IMG/VR virus record: IMGVR_UViG_3300022561_000032
DNA from: a virus
Strand: one strand, 5' to 3'
DNA length: 40,188 bases
Of the stretch, positions 33,068 to 40,188 are shown in pieces. Position numbers and translations under genes: made by a program. Below the pieces are notes generated by a model. The model was not told the origin of the DNA and searched no databases. It worked only from the letters and a program-made list of their open reading frames with translations. The first letter of the stretch is position 1; each line of letters begins with the position of its first letter.

Positions 33068-33569
33068 AGTTGGTCAAAGGTTTCCCAACGAAAAATACTT
33101 GGATCGTGGGGAAATTACGGTAGCATTAATCAATGAAAAGTTCTTTGATGTTATTGTGTGCATATCAGGCATCACAAGCAAAGAAGCGAAGGGATTTAGG
33201 AAAGGAAGTTTTGAAATTAGCTTATTTGAGAAACACAACATTCCGTTTGTAATTTTTGATTTTGGCGAAGGATTCAGTTTTGATGTGTCTCTGGACATTC
33301 ACAAACTGACAGATGAACAGACAGACAAATGGTTGAATGAACAGGGCAATGTACTGAACATGTTTCTAATTGATGCTACAACCGGAAACCTGGCAGCTAT
33401 GAGAATGGTAGGGGTTTCTTCATCGCTGGAAGGTTCGATCCGTGACATTTGCGAACTTCAATCAGAAATGAGGGCGGAAGAAGTTGAACAAAAACTAAAT
33501 GGAATTTTATCGGTTGTATCAACAAAAGAGATGATCAAGCAAAGAAAAATGAAACAAATATTTAAGTAG
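33054..33569 (+). CDS. Hypothetical protein, island operon gene 3
   Basis: 171 aa. No motif recognised. Confidence 0.7.
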   Translation: MIKYEVGQRFPNEKYLDRGEITVALINEKFFDVIVCISGITSKEAKGFRKGSFEISLFEKHNIPFVIFDFGEGFSFDVSLDIHKLTDEQTDKWLNEQGNVLNMFLIDATTGNLAAMRMVGVSSSLEGSIRDICELQSEMRAEEVEQKLNGILSVVSTKEMIKQRKMKQIFK

Positions 33570-33573
33570 CAAT

Positions 33574-33777
33574 ATGACTAATTCAGAAGAGATAATTGCG
33601 AAACTGAAGTTAATTGCAAAAGAAAAGGGTATTACTACCTATAAGCTTGCAGAACTCACCGGTATGAAGCAATCAAACATTGCCCGTGTATTTTCAGTGA
33701 AGTATCAGCCGAATCTGAAAACGTTGTGCGAAATAGCGAAAGCATTGGGTGTTGAGATTGAAATAATCGAACCATAG
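33574..33777 (+). CDS. Small XRE-family HTH protein, island operon gene 4
   Basis: GITTYKLAELTGMKQSNIARVFS...LKTLCEIAKALGVEI matches the HTH_XRE pattern. Confidence 0.75.
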   Translation: MTNSEEIIAKLKLIAKEKGITTYKLAELTGMKQSNIARVFSVKYQPNLKTLCEIAKALGVEIEIIEP

Positions 33778-33836
33778 TGGAATTGAAATATGGATTATCA
33801 ATATTATCTATTCTAATCGCACCAATTTGGATGGAG

Positions 33837-33865
33837 AGCCCCGCAGAAATGTGGGGCTTTTTTTA
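33837..33865 (+). terminator. Intrinsic terminator closing the island
   Basis: AGCCCCGCA-gaaa-TGTGGGGCT (one G-T wobble) followed by TTTTTTT. Confidence 0.75.
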
Positions 33866-33937
33866 TTTATTCGCTTTTCTTTTGTCCTTTTCTCTCCCTT
33901 CTCCCGCCTCTATCTTGCTGTCCTAATATACTAAGCA

Positions 33938-34159
33938 ATGATACACAGCTCTAAAATTCATGAAATCGTTCAGAAAGGTGAGTTCTCCATTGAATTCGTT
34001 GCCCAATCCGGTGAAGTAATCAGTTCCCCCCGTGTAATCTGTACATCCTTCCATTCCAAAGGCCGGACCATGAACCTTAAATTCTGCGATTCAACTCAGA
34101 TCCGCACTGTCCGCCGTTGCACCATCACTCACATTAATAACCAGGAGGTTTACTTATGA
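33938..34159 (+). CDS. Hypothetical small protein coupled to the portal-sized gene
   Basis: 73 aa with an ATGA overlap with the next gene. Confidence 0.6.
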   Translation: MIHSSKIHEIVQKGEFSIEFVAQSGEVISSPRVICTSFHSKGRTMNLKFCDSTQIRTVRRCTITHINNQEVYL

Positions 34160-35475
34160 ATATCATTAACATGGGCGGGTTGGCTTACCTGCCCGAGGCA
34201 AAGGCCATTGTTGCGCTGCGCCCCAGTGACGAATTATACAAAGAGCCTGACACTACCATTAATGTTGGCAAATACAAAAAGATCGTTCCCTGGGGCAATG
34301 ACAACGCATGGCCGCAAACTGTCATTCTCAATTCACAGAAAAGCGATATTGTTGCTGCGAACATTGAATTCAATGTGCTGTGTGGCTATGGTCAGGGCAT
34401 CAAGCCCATGAAGCGTATTATAGTACCCGGTCAGCCAAACGCTTACGAAGAGATATTCTCAGGTGAAGTGTACGACTTCTGTGAAGACAACGACCTTTCG
34501 GGTTACTTCCTTGAGCAGATGACCGACCTGAAAACATTCTACAATGTTTTCCCTGAACTCATTGCATCCAATGACGGTTTGAAAATAACTACCCTTCGAA
34601 GTAAAGAAGCCACCTTCTCGCGATGGGGCTCCATAGATCCTGCTGCAGGTCGTATTCTGAAACATTACTATTCTGCCAAATGGGGCGATGCTCCCACTGA
34701 AAAGGACGTGAGCGAAACCGATGTGCTTGATCGGTTCAATGCCATCGAATCCTTAGATGAATACATTGCCAAGAAAAAACGACGCTTTATTATGCCCGTT
34801 AACTTTCCTACTCCCGGTCGTAGTTACTATCAGTGGGCTACATGGTGGACCATCTTCTTTTCAGGTTGGTACGATTATTCCCTGATGATTCCGATGTTCA
34901 AAAAGGCGCTGCTCAAAAACGGACTGGGAGTGAAATTCATCATTTACCTTTCTCCAAAATACTTCAATTCTATTTTCAGGAATGAAGGTATTGATATCAA
35001 CGACAAGGAAGCAGTTGAAGCAAGGGTGGCCGCTGAACACCAGAACTTTCAAAGCTTTTTGACCAATGCCGAAAATGCAGGGAAGGGCATTGTAGCCATC
35101 AAGGAAATGATTGCTTCGGGTAACAGCGCTATTGAGGAAAAGTATCTCGAGATAGTGGAAGTCAATACCTCCAAATCGGGCGGTGAACTGATTGAAGATT
35201 CAGGCGAAGTGAATTCAATTATCAGTTATGCCATGGCCGTTGACCTTGATATGCCAGGCAAAACAAGTGGAAGCATGTCGGGATCCGACAAGCGGGAACG
35301 GTTCATGATCAAGCAATCACTGATGAAAGCTTTTCGTGATAGGCTGTTGCGTCCGCTCTCATTAATCAAGCGGTTCAATAAATGGCCTGAAGACACTGTT
35401 TTCATGGTTCCGGATCTTGAATTTACTACCCTCGATAAAAACAAATCAGGCAAACAGGAAACCACTAAAGAATAA
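34156..35475 (+). CDS. Portal protein candidate (size and position)
   Basis: 439 aa. It is the first large gene of the head-tail block after the island. No diagnostic motif could be asserted with certainty. Confidence 0.5.
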   Translation: MNIINMGGLAYLPEAKAIVALRPSDELYKEPDTTINVGKYKKIVPWGNDNAWPQTVILNSQKSDIVAANIEFNVLCGYGQGIKPMKRIIVPGQPNAYEEIFSGEVYDFCEDNDLSGYFLEQMTDLKTFYNVFPELIASNDGLKITTLRSKEATFSRWGSIDPAAGRILKHYYSAKWGDAPTEKDVSETDVLDRFNAIESLDEYIAKKKRRFIMPVNFPTPGRSYYQWATWWTIFFSGWYDYSLMIPMFKKALLKNGLGVKFIIYLSPKYFNSIFRNEGIDINDKEAVEARVAAEHQNFQSFLTNAENAGKGIVAIKEMIASGNSAIEEKYLEIVEVNTSKSGGELIEDSGEVNSIISYAMAVDLDMPGKTSGSMSGSDKRERFMIKQSLMKAFRDRLLRPLSLIKRFNKWPEDTVFMVPDLEFTTLDKNKSGKQETTKE

Positions 35476-35478
35476 GCT

Positions 35479-36312
35479 ATGCTGGTAGATACGATTGATA
35501 AAATGACGCGTGTGATCCCCACAATCGTGGATGACGATCTCACCAAGTTTGAAACCTATTTGGCAGATGCCCGTCAATGGCTTAAGCGTGAAATCACCGG
35601 TAAGCAATTGTTTAATATTCTTGAATCATCGCTGGATGCCGATTTATTGTCTTTTGCTGAAACAATAGTGGCGTACAAAGCCTATTTCGAAGCCATTCCG
35701 TTTGTTGACCTCATTGGCACTTCGGCTGGTTTTGCAGTGACCAAGACAGATACCAAAGCGCCTGCCTCTCGTGAGCGCGTTGATGCGCTGCGCATGGCCA
35801 CACTCAAATGGCTGAGTGAATCAATTGAGAACCTTTTGGAATTCCTTGAAGAGCATCCCGACTACCACGACGAGTGGAAAGGATCACCCGCTTATTCATT
35901 GCTCTCAGATACTTATATCCTGACAGTTCGCGACTTTCGTAAGTATGCACAATATGAAGGAAGCCGGTTGGAATGGATCAAGCTCCACCCTGAGATGATG
36001 AATGCCATCCGGTTGAAAATTGATCCTGTAATCAGTCCTGAACTTTCTGATCAGGTTCTTGAGCAATTGCGTGATGGTGATCTGACCCCGGCAAACAAGG
36101 CCATCCTTGAAAACCTTCGTTTTGCCTTCGCCAACTTCACGATCGGCAATTCCGAGTTGGCTGAATCTTACCTGGTACGTGTCCGCAATGGGATCATCAA
36201 AAAACTGGCTGACTATCCCGCATTCCGGGACAGCGACTTATATGCTTCCATCCTGGCAAATGTGATTACCAAAAACAAAGTTGAAAACCCAATTTTTAGA
36301 GCCGGCTTCTGA
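35479..36312 (+). CDS. Hypothetical head/neck protein
   Basis: 277-aa ORF in the portal to tape-measure block. Confidence 0.65.
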   Translation: MLVDTIDKMTRVIPTIVDDDLTKFETYLADARQWLKREITGKQLFNILESSLDADLLSFAETIVAYKAYFEAIPFVDLIGTSAGFAVTKTDTKAPASRERVDALRMATLKWLSESIENLLEFLEEHPDYHDEWKGSPAYSLLSDTYILTVRDFRKYAQYEGSRLEWIKLHPEMMNAIRLKIDPVISPELSDQVLEQLRDGDLTPANKAILENLRFAFANFTIGNSELAESYLVRVRNGIIKKLADYPAFRDSDLYASILANVITKNKVENPIFRAGF

Positions 36313-36313
36313 T

Positions 36314-37078
36314 ATGAAACGAATTGACATTAATAAATTACCTGCATCCTGGCATGAGTTGACTATCACACAGATTTATGCCGTATCAAAGCTATTCATC
36401 CGCAATGCCGGTGCAATAGATTTTACGGTGCGCTGCTTTATGGCATTCACCGGGTGGAAGTTGCTTCGTAAAAAAGAAGTTCCTGAAGATGGTAAAACAT
36501 GTTTCTGGTTTCGCATCCCTGGTGAAGGCAAATACCTGATCGATTCAGAAGTTTATACCGACCTGGCTAAATCACTGGAGTGGATCATTGGTGAAATCAA
36601 ACTCATTCATATTCTTCCCCAGCTGGGCAGTCTTGATCCTGTGGATGTTCGACTTTATGAAGTTTCGCTCGATGAATACTTACACCTTGATTCTGCTTTC
36701 TCAGCCTACGTGCAAACCAACCATGTTAAATATCTGAACCGTATGCTGGCGATTGTCTATCGTGAGAAGCATGAAAAATGGAATAGTGAATGCCTGGATA
36801 AAAAAGCACGTTGGTTCTGGCTGACCCCGTTTTATAAAAAGTATGTGATTTTCCTTTGGTATATGGGATTGAAATCCTTTCTGAAGGAACAATATCCTTA
36901 CGTGTGGCAAGGAACAGGTACCTGTGAAATATCACAATCTCAGGTGATCCTTAACCTGCTTTCCTCTCTCAATAATGGTGATATCACAAAGAACAAAGAG
37001 CTTTTCAAAACGCATGTTCATGAAGCTTTCTATGAATTGAACCTGAAATCAGAACAGGCCGCTAAACATCAAAAATAA
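36314..37078 (+). CDS. Hypothetical head/neck protein
   Basis: ATG 36314 lies 2 nt after the previous stop and is preferred over the track's TTG 36281. Confidence 0.65.
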   Translation: MKRIDINKLPASWHELTITQIYAVSKLFIRNAGAIDFTVRCFMAFTGWKLLRKKEVPEDGKTCFWFRIPGEGKYLIDSEVYTDLAKSLEWIIGEIKLIHILPQLGSLDPVDVRLYEVSLDEYLHLDSAFSAYVQTNHVKYLNRMLAIVYREKHEKWNSECLDKKARWFWLTPFYKKYVIFLWYMGLKSFLKEQYPYVWQGTGTCEISQSQVILNLLSSLNNGDITKNKELFKTHVHEAFYELNLKSEQAAKHQK

Positions 37079-37084
37079 ATAACC

Positions 37085-37531
37085 ATGTTCGATCAATATG
37101 CTTATCTGAATTCTATTCTGCCAGTAATTACTGAAATAAAAGCCGTCAAACGCATCTCCGGATTGCGCGAACTGGAGGAAGTACTCGAGAATTTACGCGG
37201 TCTTCAGTATCCCCTTATCCTTGCAGAAGACAAAGGCGACGGTTTTTTATCCCTTGGAGGTCGCAACCTGGACAATGGCTACCATTCTTTTTACCTAGTA
37301 TCGAAAGTCAAATTGGAAAACTCCGGATCCCGCGTTGAAGTGCAAGCCTTGTGTATGGCACTTGGTAAAAAGGTATTCAAACAAATGCTGGCCGACGGTG
37401 TCAACTTTGGCGACGCGGCTTATGGCTTCGATACTTCCCGGATCGACTACCAGCGCGTTGGTCCGCTGATCGATAACTATCACGGTTATTCCTTCAGCTA
37501 CATTATAAAGGATGAAAACTTCAATCTATAA
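37085..37531 (+). CDS. Hypothetical tail/neck protein
   Basis: 148-aa ORF. Its stop overlaps the next ATG. Confidence 0.65.
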   Translation: MFDQYAYLNSILPVITEIKAVKRISGLRELEEVLENLRGLQYPLILAEDKGDGFLSLGGRNLDNGYHSFYLVSKVKLENSGSRVEVQALCMALGKKVFKQMLADGVNFGDAAYGFDTSRIDYQRVGPLIDNYHGYSFSYIIKDENFNL

Positions 37532-37920
37532 TGGCTGAAAATCTTGATCTCAAGCTAACTGCCGAAGCATGGGCAAAGATCGTGATCGAACGATGGGAGA
37601 GAAAGATCCTTCGTCTGAAGATTGGCCAATATGGAAACAATTCAACGCATGAGCTGGCCAAGAGCTTCACCCATCACGTGATCACCAACGCTGATGGCAA
37701 TCCGGAACAGATTGAATTCACGTTCAACTACTATGGTAAGTTTGTGGATATGGGCGTAGGCAACGGGGTGAAGTATGGTGAGCCTGGACGCAAGGCCAAA
37801 GCCTGGTATTCAAAAACATTCTTCAGCCAGATTGAACAGTTTAAAATTATATGGTCTGAAAAATATGGATTGAAAGCCCAGATGACCATCATTGATACCA
37901 TTCAAAATACAACGATTTAA
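37531..37920 (+). CDS. Hypothetical protein immediately upstream of the tape measure (chaperone position)
   Basis: 129-aa ORF. No overlapping shifted ORF is visible. Confidence 0.65.
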   Translation: MAENLDLKLTAEAWAKIVIERWERKILRLKIGQYGNNSTHELAKSFTHHVITNADGNPEQIEFTFNYYGKFVDMGVGNGVKYGEPGRKAKAWYSKTFFSQIEQFKIIWSEKYGLKAQMTIIDTIQNTTI

Positions 37921-37930
37921 AAATAATACA

Positions 37931-40188
37931 ATGGCAAACGATACCGCGAAAGCAACGATCTACCTTGATGGCAAGCAGGCTGAATCCGCCATCGACATAC
38001 TGAAAGCCAAGGCAGCAGACTTACGCAAGGAGTTAAAGAAGGCTCAGGATGCAGGCGACAACATCAAGATGAATAAACTCTCCGGTGAACTCACCAAGGT
38101 TGATTCTGCCTTATCCGGAATACGCAAGGAATCGTTCGATGTGCAAAAGGTTTTGAAAGACTTGAATGGTTCGTCGATGAACGATTTGAAAAAAGCGCTG
38201 GGCCAAACTCAAAAAGAATACAATCGGATGAAACAGACCGATGCCGGATATAAAGATAAAAAAGCGGAAGTTGATAAATTGAAAAATGCCATTAGTGAAG
38301 CCAATGGTACAATGAAAGACAGTGGAACTACTTGGGACAAATTAAAAGATACAGCAAGCGGCTTACTTCCTGCCTTTGGTTTTGCTGCCATTGCTGCAGG
38401 AGCTGCTGCAGCCTTCGGTAAAATCATAAATATAACCGATACACTTGGCACGCAGTGGGAAGCTTCGGTGAATGGCATGAAGGAAGGGTTGAACGAATTC
38501 TGGAGGACTATTGCAACGGGTGACTGGAGTAATTTTACTACGAGAATGCAGGAAGCTATTGCGATGGGTGAAAAATACATCTATACCCTTGATGATATTG
38601 AAGATAAAACCCGATCGCTTGATATTATTGAAGCTGAATCGCGGGGCAAGATATTGGATCTGGAAGAAAAACTTCGTAATAAAACGCTGAGTAAGGAAGA
38701 ACGAATTGCAGCTGGCCAGGAGCGAATTAAAATGGAAGAAGATCTAGCTGTTCGGAGAACAGGACTTGCTCAGCAGACATACGATAATGAAGCCGAATTA
38801 ACAGCTTTGCAAACGGGGCTAAGTAAGGAACAGCTGAAAACTGTATTGAGCGATATGGATAGTGTTACAAAGATTAGGGCAAAGGCGTATAACGATCAAC
38901 TTGATCAGTATGAGAAGCTAAAAAAGGCGAATGTGACAACCGTTGGTAATAATGGTATGAGCGGAGGTATTGTTGTCGCGCTCGGAGAAACCGACAAAAT
39001 GATTGAGCTTAAAAAACTGTTTCAAGAAGCTGCTCCTGCTACAAAATTATATGCTGACCAGATAAGGGCAACAGGAAATACTACGGATGAACAACTTGAT
39101 AAGATGGTTGGAAGCTATGTAAAATTAAAGGAAGCCGAAAACTCAGCGAAGGAAAATACTAAGCGGGTCGTTACGCAAACCAATTCATTGCTGGCAGGTC
39201 AGGAAGAAACTGGGGAGAAAATTGAAAATAAATCGGTAAAAAATAAAAAGGATGCTTCCGATAAGGCTCTCGAAATATTGGACACTGCCAACAATGAACG
39301 CAATAAAAAATTGGCTGATCAATATCTTAATGAAAATATGACTGATGCAACGTTTAAGGCAGCTCAATTCAAATTAGAAACGGATTACCTGATTGCAAAG
39401 CAGATTATTTTACAGAAAAACGGTCAAAGTACTGTTGACATTGACAAACAGATCAACGATAAACGCATTCAATCTCAGAAAGAGTTTAATGATGCGATGG
39501 CCAAGGCCGAGGAGGAAACACTGACAAAGAATGATCCTCTTTCAGGTGATGAAGTAGGTGTTGATCCTGCTTCGATGGTTACTCCAGAAGATATCGAATT
39601 TGCTTCCAAGAAACACTCACTTGATGAATGGGTTGAATATCTGACGCAGAAAACAAATGAGCAGTTAGATATCAAGAAAAAAGCCATCGACGACGAAAAA
39701 GCGATGCAAGAGGCTCGCGAACAGATAAACGATGCACAGATGAGTGGTATTGGTCAGCTTGCCGGCGTTATGGCTGGAATGTTTGAAGAAGGCTCAGCTG
39801 CTCAAATTGCTTTTTTTGCTCTTGAAAAAGCCATGGCCATTGCTCAGGTATGGGTTAATTATGCTAGGGAGTCTTCAGCTATTCACTTTATGGCTGCAAC
39901 GATGGGTGTACCCGGTATTGCATGGGAAGCAGTTATGCAGCCTAAAGCCTTGATCAATGCGGGTATCAATACTGCAATTATCACAGCTCAGGCAGTTGCA
40001 CAGGTTGTTGGAAGTAAGAAATCAAAAAAAGAAGCAGGTCATGTTGTAGGAGGCTTCACTGGTCCAGGTGGCAAATACGATGAGAAAGGACCTGTTCATG
40101 CCAATGAATATGTGATTCCCATGGAAGGAACTCAGGCTGCCGGCATTCGTCCATTTATTGATTTGATGGAAATTGCACGGCGCAACGG
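37931..40188 (+). CDS. Tail tape measure protein, N-terminal and central part (continues at 1..419; 849 aa joined)
   Basis: ATG at 37931 with no in-frame stop to the window end, which is why the ORF track omits it. Hand translation gives a long Ala/Lys/Glu-rich coiled-coil protein with hydrophobic Gly/Ala stretches (LLPAFGFAAIAAGAAAAFGKI; GIGQLAGVMAGMFEEGSAAQIAFFALEKAMAIAQVW), typical of tape measures. It sits directly upstream of the tail-tip genes. Confidence 0.85.
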   Translation, partial: MANDTAKATIYLDGKQAESAIDILKAKAADLRKELKKAQDAGDNIKMNKLSGELTKVDSALSGIRKESFDVQKVLKDLNGSSMNDLKKALGQTQKEYNRMKQTDAGYKDKKAEVDKLKNAISEANGTMKDSGTTWDKLKDTASGLLPAFGFAAIAAGAAAAFGKIINITDTLGTQWEASVNGMKEGLNEFWRTIATGDWSNFTTRMQEAIAMGEKYIYTLDDIEDKTRSLDIIEAESRGKILDLEEKLRNKTLSKEERIAAGQERIKMEEDLAVRRTGLAQQTYDNEAELTALQTGLSKEQLKTVLSDMDSVTKIRAKAYNDQLDQYEKLKKANVTTVGNNGMSGGIVVALGETDKMIELKKLFQEAAPATKLYADQIRATGNTTDEQLDKMVGSYVKLKEAENSAKENTKRVVTQTNSLLAGQEETGEKIENKSVKNKKDASDKALEILDTANNERNKKLADQYLNENMTDATFKAAQFKLETDYLIAKQIILQKNGQSTVDIDKQINDKRIQSQKEFNDAMAKAEEETLTKNDPLSGDEVGVDPASMVTPEDIEFASKKHSLDEWVEYLTQKTNEQLDIKKKAIDDEKAMQEAREQINDAQMSGIGQLAGVMAGMFEEGSAAQIAFFALEKAMAIAQVWVNYARESSAIHFMAATMGVPGIAWEAVMQPKALINAGINTAIITAQAVAQVVGSKKSKKEAGHVVGGFTGPGGKYDEKGPVHANEYVIPMEGTQAAGIRPFIDLMEIARRN
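40062..40188. repeat. Terminal overlap, copy 2 (identical to 1..127)
   Basis: Same as copy 1. The length of 127 nt matches a common maximum assembler k-mer. Confidence 0.95.

Larger units (their letters stand above)
1..40188. mobile_element. Complete temperate long-tailed phage genome, circularly closed (unique length 40061 bp)
   Basis: Integrase, a divergent XRE repressor/Cro-like pair, replication genes, ClpP-type prohead protease, capsid, terminase, portal-sized gene, tape measure, fibre and lysis genes form one co-linear block. An exact 127-nt overlap of the two window ends closes the circle. Confidence 0.85.

Noticed and set aside
37085-37930. Programmed -1 frameshift (G/GT-type tail chaperone pair) upstream of the tape measure
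   Set aside because: No overlapping shifted ORF of useful length appears in the track, and I did not see a slippery heptamer. It cannot be supported from sequence.
1-40188. tRNA/tmRNA genes, rRNA, insertion sequences, and stop-codon recoding (alternative genetic code)
   Set aside because: A scan of all intergenic gaps by eye found no cloverleaf-compatible acceptor/T-arm pattern and no transposase. All large genes are intact under the standard code, so recoding is not needed. A tRNAscan-SE/ARAGORN run would be the proper check.

Overview
This window is one complete, circularly closed temperate long-tailed phage genome. Its unique length is 40,061 bp. Nt 1-127 repeat exactly at 40062-40188, and the repeat lies inside the tape-measure ORF, so it is an assembly overlap and not a physical end. 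Nearly all genes are on the + strand; only a tyrosine integrase and an XRE-type repressor are on the - strand. Gene order, starting from the wrap point: tape measure (37931..40188 joined to 1..419); two large tail-tip proteins; a 950-aa fibre with three tandem modules and a C-terminal SGNH esterase; a membrane-anchored SGNH esterase moron; a lysis block with a multi-TM CHAP-like hydrolase; small morons; a probable attP gap; int and repressor. The rightward arm then carries a Cro-like HTH, a LuxR-type regulator and about 25 small early genes (HAD-like, orphan N6-adenine MTase, DnaC-like loader, ASCH, VirE-type ATPase). After that come a 445-bp heptamer-repeat-rich non-coding region; a ClpP-type prohead protease/scaffold; the major capsid protein; inverted arrays of a 9-bp repeat; terS/terL; an AT-rich accessory island; a portal-sized gene; head-tail genes; and back to the tape measure. 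A Bacteroidota host is inferred, not proven, from the absence of Shine-Dalgarno motifs, TAnnTTTG boxes at sensible positions, the integrase subtype and the VirE-type gene. The items most worth follow-up are: (1) the terminator-bounded AT-rich cassette of unknown genes plus an HTH between terL and portal (31.0-33.9 kb), with its 610-bp ORF-poor leader; (2) the paired virion-borne and membrane-anchored SGNH esterases inside an AT-rich swapped block; (3) the inverted 4x9-bp repeat arrays upstream of terS; (4) the GGTTGTA heptamer array at 22.7 kb, which shares an exact 15-mer with the int-proximal gap and ends in a terminator abutting the first late gene; (5) an ORF-poor, helix-rich segment at 13.6-14.0 kb. 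All functions come from hand-read motifs and gene position. No database search, folding or statistics program was run.
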